From: an uncultured Acetatifactor sp.
Lineage (GTDB): Bacteria; Bacillota; Clostridia; Lachnospirales; Lachnospiraceae
Length of the DNA: 64,000 nt
NCBI GenBank assembly: GCA_910589035.1
Contig: CAJUSI010000010.1
Location: 3,863 to 67,862 of the forward strand
Direction: 5' to 3'
Within the stretch, counting starts at the first letter, position 1, and the number at the start of each line of letters is the position of its first letter. The notes beneath the pieces are model-generated. The model was given only the letters and a program-made list of their open reading frames with translations. It was not told the DNA's origin and made no database searches. Of the stretch, positions 19,378 to 29,249 are shown piece after piece. The position numbers and the translations under genes were made by a program.

Positions 19378-20256
19378 ATGCATTATAAAGAATCATTGGG
19401 CACCCGGATTTATGTGTTTTTCGCCTACCTGGCGGTTACACTGTTCAGCATAGCCTGTATCTATCCCATTCTGCATATTCTGGCCCTGTCCCTCAGCTCC
19501 AGGACGGCGGTCAATGCGGGGCTGGTGAATATTATTCCGGTGGATTTCTCTCTGGAGGCCTACAGATTTGTCATGGAGGGAGGTGCCTTTTTCGCCGCTT
19601 TCAAAATGTCGGTGAAAAGGACGATTCTGGGCGTGGCGGTCAGCATGCTCTTTACGGTTCTGGCAGGGTATCCGCTCTCCAAGACCAGGAGCAGATTCTC
19701 CTCCAGGAATGTATATATGTGGTTTTTTGTGTTTACCATGCTTTTCAGCGGAGGGCTGATTCCCGGATATATCGTGGTGAACAAGCTGGGACTTATCGAC
19801 ACCATCTGGGCGCTGGTGCTGCCGGGAGCCGTACCGGTGTACTATGTGATTCTGTTCCAGAATTTTGTGAAGAGCCTGCCGGAGGAGCTGATCGAAGCCG
19901 CCTACACGGACGGGGCCGGGGAGCTTACCATTCTGCAGAAAATAATACTGCCACTCTCCAAACCGATTCTGGCTACACTCACGCTGTTTATTGCGGTGAA
20001 CCACTGGAATTCCTGGTTTGACGGTATGATTTATATGAACCGTCCGAAAAATTATCCTCTGCAGACCTACCTGCAGACCATAGTGGTGCAGATCGATGTG
20101 AAGTCCGTTGCCACCATCAGCGACGTGACCAATATTTCCCCGAGAAACAGCAAGGCGGCCCAGATTATACTGGCTATGCTCCCCATTGTGGTGGTATATC
20201 CCTTTTTACAGAAATACTTTACCAAGGGGATTGTGATGGGAAGCGTGAAAGGGTGA
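19378..20256 (+). CDS. Carbohydrate ABC transporter permease (LplC-like)
   Basis: LIEAAYTDGA, HWNSWF, YPFLQKYFTKG. Confidence 0.9.
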   Translation: MHYKESLGTRIYVFFAYLAVTLFSIACIYPILHILALSLSSRTAVNAGLVNIIPVDFSLEAYRFVMEGGAFFAAFKMSVKRTILGVAVSMLFTVLAGYPLSKTRSRFSSRNVYMWFFVFTMLFSGGLIPGYIVVNKLGLIDTIWALVLPGAVPVYYVILFQNFVKSLPEELIEAAYTDGAGELTILQKIILPLSKPILATLTLFIAVNHWNSWFDGMIYMNRPKNYPLQTYLQTIVVQIDVKSVATISDVTNISPRNSKAAQIILAMLPIVVVYPFLQKYFTKGIVMGSVKG

Positions 20257-20401
20257 AGGGGGAAGCGGCCGCTGCGGAGACGTCCACGGAGGATCGGCAC
20301 AAGACGATAACGAAGAACCGAAATAAAACGGATGTGAAACTGATATAGGAAGAATGCGGAAAACCGGCAGGAACAGACGTACTGCAAATTGCTCCGCAAC
20401 A

Positions 20402-20508
20402 ATAGAACTTTGATCATAGAATCTGCACTTAGATTCTATGATAGAACTTTGATCATAGAATTCAAAAACAGGATTCTACAATAAAATCCAAAAGCAGGAT
20501 TTTATTGT
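20402..20508. repeat. Tandem ~39-bp hairpin units beginning ATAGAACTTTGATCATAG
   Basis: Two units (ATCATAGAATCT-loop-AGATTCTATGAT) plus a related hairpin; similar units at 31762-31841. Confidence 0.7.
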
Positions 20509-20590
20509 CAAGTATTGTCATGAATTAGCCGGGACCAGAAATAACTCTTAAAGGATTATTTCTTGACGGTTCCTAAGGAAGGAGAGTATC

Positions 20591-23065
20591 ATGAATCACT
20601 GGAAGAAAATCAGCCTGGACGGAACCTGGAATATCACCTGGATTTCGAATGACGATATCAGGCTCCGGAGAGATGCCCGGACCGGGGAAGCACGGACAAA
20701 GGAAGCCGGGGGAAAAGCGGATGGGGAGAAAGAGGCCCGGGCGGCGGTTCGGGGAGAAGCCCTGCGGGAGGATTCCGGAGAGGTCTTTCCCAGGACTATC
20801 GCAGAGCTGGAGGGCTATGGGGAGGGAACCGTCAGGGGAAGCGTTCCCGGAAATTTTGAACTGGCACTGGAGGAAAACGGGATCCTGCCGGAGATCTTCA
20901 GGGATCAGAATATTCTGCTTCTGCAGAAATACGAGGGATATCATGTGTTTTACAGCCGCAGCTTCCTCTATCACGCTGAGGAGGGATGTACGCCGTACCT
21001 GTATTTCGAGGGGATTGATACCATCAGTGAAATATGGGTCAACGGCAGGCTGGCGGGAAGGACGGAGAACATGTTCATCCCCCACAGCCTGCCCGCAGGG
21101 GAGCTGAGAGAAGGCGAGAATGAGATTGTGGTGCATTTATTCCCCGTGTCCATGGAATCCAGGAAGAGGGAGCTCTCCTTTGGCAATACCAGCGTGAACA
21201 AATATAATTTCGAATCCCTCTGGATCCGGAAGGCGGCCCATATGTACGGCTGGGACATCATGCCCCGGGCGGTATCCTGCGGGATCTGGCGTCCGGTATC
21301 CCTGGTATACCGTCCGGAGGAATTCATCAGGCAGGCCTATGTCTGTACTCTTTCCGCGGATCGCGTGAGGAAGGAAGCAGAACTGATGTTCTTCTATGAG
21401 GTGGAGGCCAGGGGGGCGGATCTGAGCCGTTATTCCATTGAAATAGAGGGAGGCTGCGGGGACAGCAGGTTTTACGCCCGGTCCAGGCTATGGAATGTGG
21501 CAGGGAGATTCCGCTTTCCGGTGAAGGACGCGAAGCTGTGGGAGCCCCGGGAATTTGCGGCCCAGGATCCGGCGCATCCGGTTCGGACGAAGGCGCATCT
21601 GTATGATGTCGCCGTGCGCCTTGTGAAGGACGGGGAAGTGATAGATACGGACAGCTTCCGCACAGGACTCAGGACGGTGGAGCTGGTGCGCACAGGGCTT
21701 ACGGATCTCCATTTGTCGGGGGATTTTCATTTTAAGGTAAACGGGGAGAAGGTGTTCATCCTGGGAACAAATTTTGTGCCTGTGGATGCGTTTCACTCCA
21801 GGGACAGGGAGAGGCTTCCCCGGGTGTGCAGTCTGCTGCTGGACGTGGGGTGCAACGCCATCCGGATCTGGGGCGGAAATGTCTATGAGGATGATTATCT
21901 GTACGACTATTGCGACGAGCATGGAATCCTGATCTGGCAGGATTTCATGATGGCCTGCGGCGTGTACCCAGAGGAGGATGCCTTCCGGGAGGAAATCGCC
22001 CGCGAGACCAGGGCCGCGGTGAGACGGCTGCGTCATCATGCCAGCATTCTGTGCTGGGCCGGAGACAATGAGAATGATATGGTGGCCTTTATGGAGCCCT
22101 TTCACCGGAATCCCAACCGGAACAGCCTGACCAGGGAAGTGATACCCCGGGTTCTGGAATATGAGGATCCCTCCAGGCCCTACCTGCCCAGCTCTCCCTT
22201 TATAGACGAAGCCTGCGTGGGGCAGCCGCTGGAATATATCACGGAGCAGCATCTCTGGGGTCCCCGGGATTACTTCAGGAACAGCTATTACACCAAATCT
22301 CTCGGGAAATTTGCCAGCGAAATCGGGTATCACGGATGCTGCAGCGTGGCCTCCATGGAAAAGTTTATCAGCAAAGAGACGCTCTGGCCCTGGGAGGACA
22401 ATCCGGCCTGGGCAGTGCATGCCGCTTGTCCCGAGACAGGCATGATAGATACCTGGGGCTGGCGGATTCACCTGATGGCGAATCAGATTCGGGAGATGTT
22501 CGGCAGGATTCCGGAGACGCCGGAGGACTTTGCACTGTGCAGCCAGATTTCCCAGGCCGAGGCCTTCAAATTTTTCATCGAACTGTTCCGCGTGGAAAAC
22601 GGAAGGAGAAGCGGCATTATCTGGTGGAATCTGATAGACGGATGGCCCCAGTTCTCCGACGCGGTGGTGGATTACTATTTTACGAAGAAGCTGGCTTATT
22701 ACTATATTCAGAACAGTCAGAGGGCGCTGCTGCTCACCTTTGCGGAGCCTGCGGACTGGCACCTTACCCTGACGGCGGTAAACGATACGGGGAGGGATAC
22801 TGAGGTGGAATATGAGGTCTATGACTATGCCACCGGGCAGAAGGTTGCGCAGGGCAGGGGGACGGTGCGCGGCGGAGCCGGAGCGGAGGCCGCGGTGCTG
22901 GACAGAATTCCCTATTCCTATGGGGAAAAGCATATCTATGTGATCACCTGGAAATCCGAATACGGGGAGGGAAGGAATCATTATCTCAGCGGGCAGCCGC
23001 CCTTTGACCTGGAGATATACCGTGATTTCGTAAAGGATTTTTACCGGACCGAATGCTGGCTTTAA
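20591..23065 (+). CDS. Glycoside hydrolase family 2, beta-mannosidase-like, cytoplasmic
   Basis: IRKAAHMYGWD, IRIWGGNVYE, WQDFM, WAGDNE acid/base, FASEIGYHG nucleophile. Confidence 0.88.
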   Translation: MNHWKKISLDGTWNITWISNDDIRLRRDARTGEARTKEAGGKADGEKEARAAVRGEALREDSGEVFPRTIAELEGYGEGTVRGSVPGNFELALEENGILPEIFRDQNILLLQKYEGYHVFYSRSFLYHAEEGCTPYLYFEGIDTISEIWVNGRLAGRTENMFIPHSLPAGELREGENEIVVHLFPVSMESRKRELSFGNTSVNKYNFESLWIRKAAHMYGWDIMPRAVSCGIWRPVSLVYRPEEFIRQAYVCTLSADRVRKEAELMFFYEVEARGADLSRYSIEIEGGCGDSRFYARSRLWNVAGRFRFPVKDAKLWEPREFAAQDPAHPVRTKAHLYDVAVRLVKDGEVIDTDSFRTGLRTVELVRTGLTDLHLSGDFHFKVNGEKVFILGTNFVPVDAFHSRDRERLPRVCSLLLDVGCNAIRIWGGNVYEDDYLYDYCDEHGILIWQDFMMACGVYPEEDAFREEIARETRAAVRRLRHHASILCWAGDNENDMVAFMEPFHRNPNRNSLTREVIPRVLEYEDPSRPYLPSSPFIDEACVGQPLEYITEQHLWGPRDYFRNSYYTKSLGKFASEIGYHGCCSVASMEKFISKETLWPWEDNPAWAVHAACPETGMIDTWGWRIHLMANQIREMFGRIPETPEDFALCSQISQAEAFKFFIELFRVENGRRSGIIWWNLIDGWPQFSDAVVDYYFTKKLAYYYIQNSQRALLLTFAEPADWHLTLTAVNDTGRDTEVEYEVYDYATGQKVAQGRGTVRGGAGAEAAVLDRIPYSYGEKHIYVITWKSEYGEGRNHYLSGQPPFDLEIYRDFVKDFYRTECWL

Positions 23066-23140
23066 AAAAGCCCGGGAGCGGAACAAAAGAAAGAATGGAC
23101 ATCAGCGAAAGGAGCCTGCACGGGGGAAGGTGGGGATATT

Positions 23141-24166
23141 ATGGAGATACGGAAAAAAGAATATGCAATCGGAATCGACATCGGGGGTACAAAGTGCGCC
23201 GTGGTCCTCGGCAGGCAGCCTGTATCGGGGGAAGAGGGGGAAGCTCTGATCCTGGATAAGAAATGCTTTTCTACCGGGAAATGCGCGGGATGGGAAGAGG
23301 CTGTGGATAAAATGACGGAATTGACGGAGGATTTGCTTTCCCGGAACGGGCTGGGTGTGTCCGACCTGGCCGGAATCGGTATCAGCTGCGGCGGGCCGCT
23401 GAAACACCGGGAGGGGATCATCATGAACCCGCCCAACCTGGTGGGCTGGCGGAATGTGCCCATCGTGGAAATCCTGCGGGAAAGGTTCGGGATTCCGGTA
23501 TGCCTGGAGAATGACGCCAACGCCGGAGCCGTGGCGGAATGCAGGTTTGGAAGGGCCAGGGGAAAGGAAAATGTGGTATTCCTGACCTTCGGTACGGGAC
23601 TGGGCGCAGGATTGATCCTGAACGGCAGCCTGTATCGGGGGACCAACGATATGGCGGGGGAGGTGGGGCATATCCGCCTGTCCCGATTCGGACCCGTGGG
23701 ATACGGAAAGACGGGCTCCTTCGAAGGGTTCTGCAGCGGCTCCGGCCTTGCCCAGCTGGCCAGGGCAAGGCTGCTGGAGGAGCGGCAGGCGGGCAGGCTG
23801 CTGGACGATCCCAGGTGGGCCCCTTCGGAGGAAATCACTCCGGAAAAGCTGGCCGCCGCCGCCAGGGAAGGGGACGGCTTCGCACGCTCCGTCTACCGCA
23901 TCAGCGCCGGATATCTGGGGAAGGGGCTGGCTGTGATTATTGATATGCTGAATCCGGAGATGATCATCATCGGCAGTATCTTTGAGCGCTGCGAGGATCT
24001 GTTCCGGGAGGAAATGTGCCGGGAGATAGAGCAGGAAGCTCTGAAAAGTTCATACGGCGTGTGCCAGGTGGCCGCAGCCTCCCTGGGGGACCGGATCGGC
24101 GATTACGCGGCGCTGGCGGTGGCGTTTGGATATGACGGATTGTGCGGCGGGCGGAGAGAGGCTTGA
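23141..24166 (+). CDS. ROK-family sugar kinase
   Basis: GIDIGGTK, LENDANAGA, GTGLGAG, AGEVGH; no HTH. Confidence 0.9.
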   Translation: MEIRKKEYAIGIDIGGTKCAVVLGRQPVSGEEGEALILDKKCFSTGKCAGWEEAVDKMTELTEDLLSRNGLGVSDLAGIGISCGGPLKHREGIIMNPPNLVGWRNVPIVEILRERFGIPVCLENDANAGAVAECRFGRARGKENVVFLTFGTGLGAGLILNGSLYRGTNDMAGEVGHIRLSRFGPVGYGKTGSFEGFCSGSGLAQLARARLLEERQAGRLLDDPRWAPSEEITPEKLAAAAREGDGFARSVYRISAGYLGKGLAVIIDMLNPEMIIIGSIFERCEDLFREEMCREIEQEALKSSYGVCQVAAASLGDRIGDYAALAVAFGYDGLCGGRREA

Positions 24167-24208
24167 GAATCCGGCTTCCCCAGGGACGGCAGCCTGCGGT
24201 GTCCTGCT

Positions 24209-24410
24209 GCAGCGACGCCGCAGCAAAGGAGACGCAGCCGGCCGGGAAAAGGCCGGAGGAGCGTGACGACCTGAAACTTCGGCATTACAGCAGAGGTGAC
24301 GCAGCCGGCTATGAACCGGGCCGGAGGAGCGTGGTGCCATGCAGCTTCGGTATTACAGCAGAGGTGATGCAGCCGGCTGTGAACCGGGCCGGAGGAGCAG
24401 GGCGACCTGC
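24209..24410. repeat. Degenerate 68-bp tandem repeat, about 3 copies
   Basis: CTTCGGYATTACAGCAGAGGTGAYGCAGCCGGCTRTGAACCGGGCCGGAGGAGC at 24277 and 24345, with a diverged copy before. Confidence 0.8.
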
Positions 24411-25846
24411 TACTGCCAGTCGTTTCCGGTTTCCACAGTACCGGTTTCATTCCAGGCGCCTGCGCCGCTTTCGTCAAAGTAGGCGCGTTTCGCGCTCCCC
24501 ATATTATCCTGTATGATGCAGTCTGTCAGGGTGAAGCCCGCCCCGCCGTTGTAGATGTAGAAGAGTGGGCCGCCGTTTCGCAGGAAGGAGCAGTTCTCAA
24601 AGACCGCTTCGCCCTCGCCGGACCACAGGACGCCATGCTCGCTGCAGTCGCGGATTGCGGAGTTCTGTACGGTCAGCGTTGTATTGGAAGCTTGAATTCC
24701 CACAAGACCGCAGCCGAAGAGATCGCAGCCGATCACCCGGACGCCGGAGCAATAGGATAAGCTCAGCACGGCTTCGGAGCACTCCACCTCCGGCGGAACG
24801 TCATGCCCTAAAACCAGCCCGTACAGCAGAAGGTTGTCGCAGCCGTAGACCGAGAGCACCAGCGCTTTCTCATGGCTGACCAGCAGACGGGTGGAGCCGT
24901 CGCCGATCAGCGACAGATTCTCCCAACCGTTGAGCATAAAACTTTCGGCCGTATAGGTGTTGCCCAACTCGTCCGTCATAAGATATCCGGCGTGATAGGT
25001 ATCGCCGGTCAGATGAATCTCCATGTTGGAGAGGTCGCCGGAGGTAAGCAGCGCATACAGCTCTTCGTCATTTTCCGCTGTCAGGACGGTACGGTCGATT
25101 CCGTCCTGAGGCAGCGGGGGCAGCTCCAGCTGGAAGGCGGGCACGTTGCCGGAATCATCGTCTTTGGGCTGCGGAGGAATTTCCTCCTCTGTATCGTCCG
25201 TGAAAAGATCCAGGATTTCCGGGACCTCATCCCACAGGTATTCCGGTATCTCATTTCTGGCAAAGGGCTGTACCCGGAAGTCGCTGGAGCCCTCTTCCAG
25301 GATGGCCATCATGCCCGCTTCCAGCCGGATCTGCGCTCCGTCCGGGGCCGTGCATTCCACGCTTCCCTCCAGGACGGCGGTCAGAGAATAGCCGGGGCGG
25401 CTTTCGGCCCAGCCGCAGGTGCCGCGGATGCCGGTGATCATGGTGGAGGTGCGGATTTCCATCGTCTCGTCGTCGGCCAGCGGTTCGGTGACATGGAAGA
25501 ACAGGCTACCCTCCAGGACATGGATCTCCAGCGATTTCTCCTCCTTTATAATTTCCACCTGCGTATTCTGGTCCATCTTTGTCAGCTTGACCTGATCCAG
25601 GGAGATCCAGGCGTAGCCGGCCTCCAGCGTGTCGATCCGGTAGCCGCTGTAGAGCCCCAGATTCTCCGCCGGGGCGATGTTCTTTTCGGCTTCGTCGAAT
25701 ATGTTTACGCCTCCCTCCGTGCGCGTCAGGTGCATGGTCGCGGCCTCTGTACTGTTGCCGCAGGCCGTGCATAGAGAAGCGGCTGCCAGCAAAAGAGCGA
25801 ACAGCCATAGATGTTTTTTGCGATTTCTGTTTGTTTTCCGATTCAT
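24410..25846 (-). CDS. Lipoprotein with a FecR-like domain and a right-handed beta-helix domain
   Basis: LCTAC lipobox; IRTSTMITGIRGT and AVLEGSV (FecR-like); C-terminal beta-helix repeats. Confidence 0.7.
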   Translation of the reverse strand: MNRKTNRNRKKHLWLFALLLAAASLCTACGNSTEAATMHLTRTEGGVNIFDEAEKNIAPAENLGLYSGYRIDTLEAGYAWISLDQVKLTKMDQNTQVEIIKEEKSLEIHVLEGSLFFHVTEPLADDETMEIRTSTMITGIRGTCGWAESRPGYSLTAVLEGSVECTAPDGAQIRLEAGMMAILEEGSSDFRVQPFARNEIPEYLWDEVPEILDLFTDDTEEEIPPQPKDDDSGNVPAFQLELPPLPQDGIDRTVLTAENDEELYALLTSGDLSNMEIHLTGDTYHAGYLMTDELGNTYTAESFMLNGWENLSLIGDGSTRLLVSHEKALVLSVYGCDNLLLYGLVLGHDVPPEVECSEAVLSLSYCSGVRVIGCDLFGCGLVGIQASNTTLTVQNSAIRDCSEHGVLWSGEGEAVFENCSFLRNGGPLFYIYNGGAGFTLTDCIIQDNMGSAKRAYFDESGAGAWNETGTVETGNDWQ

Positions 25847-26317
25847 ATTTATACCCCTCCTGCGCGCTTTGGCGCTGCCGCCCTGCCTTCCGAATCCTGT
25901 TCTCGGGCATACAAATCAATGGTTTATAGTAAAAATTTAGACGTATTTCAATCCTGCCCGCTTGAAACAGGGCCCTGCGTACACTTTTCCGGGCATAGCT
26001 TCCCTTTTTTAGATTCAAAATTCTTCTTAACAACATCTGGTTTCGCCCGGCTTGCGGATGGCTTATCATAGAAAGTCTACTATAAAACTGCTAATCACAC
26101 AAGTGAAATTGCGCAATGCAAAGACAGAAAAAGGACTGCCCGGCCGTAAAATTTCACCTGTTTGAAAGGAATCCCCCATATTTGTGTAGTAAATCGAGAA
26201 CAGAAATGGTACAATGACTATGATGACAGGAAGTCTGCCGTGAGCGGCATTGACTTTTTCGGATTTTAGACATAAGCTTTAAGAAAGCGGTAATGTATAT
26301 TCAGGAAAGGGGGTTCC

Positions 26318-27480
26318 ATGGGAAATTATTTAAATCCGGGTAACAGCGGGTTTCAGGAAGTTGTCCGGTCAGAATATGTGGACAAGACGGAGTTGATTGC
26401 TCTGATAAATCGACGATTGGGACGACGGGGAAGCTGACCTGCGTCAGCAGGCCCAGGCGTTTTGGAAAGTCTTATGCGGCAAAGATGCTTTACGCCTATT
26501 ATGACTGTTCCTGTGATTCGCATGCGTTCTTTGATGATAAGAAGATTGCGGCGACGGACGGATATCTGAAACATTTGAACCGGTATCATGTGATGAGCCT
26601 TGATATGACTACTTTTCTTTCGGAGGCATAGAGGAAAGGGATTCCGCTGAAGGAAGTCCCGGATACGATTGTGGAGCGATTTTCAGCTGAACTGGAAGCA
26701 ATTTATCCTGACTGCGCGGGCGAAATAGAGTTTGCGGACAAACTGATCCATTGTGTGGAAGAGACAGGCAGACAATTCGTGTTTGTCATCGATGAATGGG
26801 ATGCGCTGATCCGGGAAGCGAAGGACGACGCCGTAGCGCAGAAACGGTATCTTAATCTTTTGCGGGAATGGTTTAAGAGCAATAATATTACTCCGAAGGT
26901 TGTTGCTGCGGCTTATATGACGGGGATATTGCCGATCAAGAAAGATGGTTCCCAGCCGGCAATCTCGGATTTTAAGGAAGTAACAATTCTGGCTCCCGGC
27001 AGGTTTGTGGAATTCACAGGCTTTCAAAAAGGGGAAGTGCAGCATCTGTGCGGGAAATATGGGATGGATTTTGAGGAAGTCAGGCAGTGGTACGACGGAT
27101 ATGATTTTCCGGTTTTTGGATCCATTTATAATCCTTATTCCGTGATGTGTGCCATGCAGGAGAAGAAGTGCCGCTCTTACTGGAAGAAGACTTCGGCAGC
27201 TGAATCGCTGATGACCTATATCAATATGGACTTTGATGGGCTGCAGGAAACCATATCCCGGCTGATTTCCGGGGAAGCAGTAGAGGTTGACACGGAAAGC
27301 TTTGAAAATGATTTTGAAACTTTCAGGAGCCATGACGATGTGCTGACCCTGCTGATCCATCTGGGGTATCTTACCTGGAACGAGGAAGATGGGACGGCGT
27401 ATATTCCAAATGAAGAGGTGAGGGCTGAGTTCAGGAAAATTTTAAAAGGCGGGAATGCGGGCCGGAAATGGATGGAGCAA
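26318..27480 (+). pseudogene. AAA-ATPase-like protein (PD-(D/E)XK-associated family), frameshifted, with a nonsense codon and 3' truncation
   Basis: MGNYLNPGN..YVDKT; frameshift ~26410; SRPRRFGKS Walker A; TAG at 26629; IDEWD; YMTGILPI; YIPNEEV. Confidence 0.85.
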
Positions 27481-27543
27481 GGCAGTGCGATGTCACGGAC
27501 AACGGGGGAAAGGCCGCCGGCAGGCGGCCGGAAAGGAGCGATT

Positions 27544-28629
27544 ATGGAATATCTGGAACTGGGAAAAGCGGTGCGGGAGCTTGCACCGGATATGGAGGCG
27601 GGCAATCCCCGGAACAGTGAGGGGACCTTTCTGGAGACGGAGGAGGACGGAATATTGTTTGTATACAGCCGTTTCCGCGGCAGCAATCCGGCGGATCACG
27701 CCTTTGCGGATCTGTGCCTTATGCGTTCCATGGACGGAGGGGAGACCTTTGACGAGGGCGAGATCATTCTGACCTGTGACAAAGAAGAGGGTGTGAACAT
27801 GATGTGTCCTTCCCTTCTGAGGATGCAGAACGGGGAAATCGGCCTGTTCTATCTGGTCAGGATGACCTATGATATTACAAAGATTTTCCTGCGCCGTTCT
27901 GCGGACGGGGGCAGAACCTGGGGAGAAAGGGTATGCTGTACGCCCCTGGAGGATTTCTTTGTGATCAATAACGACAGAGTGCTGCGCACGGCCAGCGGGA
28001 GAATCATACTTCCCGTGGCAAGCCACAGATCCAGGGGCGGGATCCTGGACGGCCGTTCCGAAATGCTCTGTTTCCTTTCCGACGACGACGGGAAGTCCTG
28101 GAGGGTATCCGCGGGGAAATGTACTCTGCCCCAGGCCTCCCACTGTATTTCCGGGCTCCAGGAGCCGGGGGTGGTGCAGCTGCGAAACGGCGTGCTCTGG
28201 GGCTGGGCCAGGACGGAACTGGGCAGGCAGTACGAGACGTTTTCCATGGACGAGGGGGATACCTGGACTGTCTGCCAGCCCTCCCGGTTTACCTCGCCCA
28301 ACAGCCCTCTGTGCATGAAGAGGGGAGAGGACGGAAGGCTTTATGCCGTCTGGAACCCCATACCCGAGTACAATGGCAGGGAGAAACCGGAGTATTTTAC
28401 CGGAGGAAGGACACCCCTGGTGATCGCCTCCAGCGGGGACGACGGGAAGACTTTCACGGAACCTGTAGCCTTCGAATGGGATCCGGAAAGCGGCTATTGC
28501 TACTGCGCCATCTGCTTTACCCGCGACGCCCTGCTGCTGGCATACTGCGCAGGGGGCAGCAGGGAGCGCAGCTGCCTGGTGAAGACCCGCATCCGGCGTC
28601 TGGACAAGGCGGAACTGGGCAGAATTTAA
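27544..28629 (+). CDS. Sialidase-family / BNR Asp-box beta-propeller protein
   Basis: Own RBS GAAAGGAG; five Asp boxes (SMDGGETF, SADGGRTW, SDDDGKSW, SMDEGDTW, SGDDGKTF); LQEP; GYCY. Confidence 0.82.
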   Translation: MEYLELGKAVRELAPDMEAGNPRNSEGTFLETEEDGILFVYSRFRGSNPADHAFADLCLMRSMDGGETFDEGEIILTCDKEEGVNMMCPSLLRMQNGEIGLFYLVRMTYDITKIFLRRSADGGRTWGERVCCTPLEDFFVINNDRVLRTASGRIILPVASHRSRGGILDGRSEMLCFLSDDDGKSWRVSAGKCTLPQASHCISGLQEPGVVQLRNGVLWGWARTELGRQYETFSMDEGDTWTVCQPSRFTSPNSPLCMKRGEDGRLYAVWNPIPEYNGREKPEYFTGGRTPLVIASSGDDGKTFTEPVAFEWDPESGYCYCAICFTRDALLLAYCAGGSRERSCLVKTRIRRLDKAELGRI

Positions 28630-28705
28630 GCGGGTTGTAAGAAAAAACTGCGTTTGCGTGCTTTTTGCACCTGCCAGAGTATTCATGCGTTGCTTAAAAA
28701 TGCTT

Positions 28706-28752
28706 GTGCTCCTGGTTTCCATGATGATATGATGGAAAACAGGAGCACTTTC
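28706..28752 (+). terminator. Putative intrinsic terminator
   Basis: GTGCTCCTGGTTTCCAT...ATGGAAAACAGGAGCAC stem followed by TTT. Confidence 0.5.
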
Positions 28753-28929
28753 CTGTAATCGTCTAAGTACTATCTATATGTTAAGGCATAATTATGATTC
28801 CGGCTTTTCGCCAACAATTCAAGGCAGAAAATCAGAAAATGACAGGCGGAAGGCTTTCCTCCTGTCGAAACGCTCAGCCGATGGTTCCAGACCGCATAAT
28901 GGCTGGAAATGGGGTGTGGAAGGAGGAAA

Positions 28930-29106
28930 ATGGGAAGGAATGACAATGTTGTAAAGGAGTATTTTTCCGACAGGAGAAGGTATGCGGACTTGTAGAACGG
29001 AGGCGTGTTCCACGGCAGAAAGCTGATCTGTGCGGAAGAACTGGAGGATAAGGATTCCGTAGGAACCATTGCAGGTACGAAAAAGGAGCGGAGAAGGACA
29101 GAGTGA
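28930..29106 (+). pseudogene. 5' remnant of an Rpn/PD-(D/E)XK transposase-like hypothetical protein
   Basis: AGGAGG RBS; MGRNDNVVKEYFSDRRRYADL*NGGVFHGRKLICAEEL with an in-frame TAG at 28993. Confidence 0.55.
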
Positions 29107-29249
29107 AGAGGAGGAAATTGAACGAAATGTAAAAAATATCCGGAGAAAAACTAACCTTTTCCCGATCCTGTTACTATATAGGTGAAGCCCTGAGCCGGCC
29201 GGCAGGAGCCTGAAGGAATATACTGGAAAATGAATGGAGTGTTTTGAGA

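Noticed and set aside
21488..23086. Long antisense ORFs (also 2634-4070, 27493-28722, 33968-35338, 41512-42699, 42855-44120, 47496-48674)
   Set aside because: Shadow frames of GC-rich genes on the other strand, with no recognisable motifs
26671..28629. Novel 652-aa ATPase-sialidase fusion protein
   Set aside because: The ATPase part is a broken gene lacking its Walker A in this frame, and the sialidase-like gene has its own RBS and ATG at 27544; the read-through looks accidental
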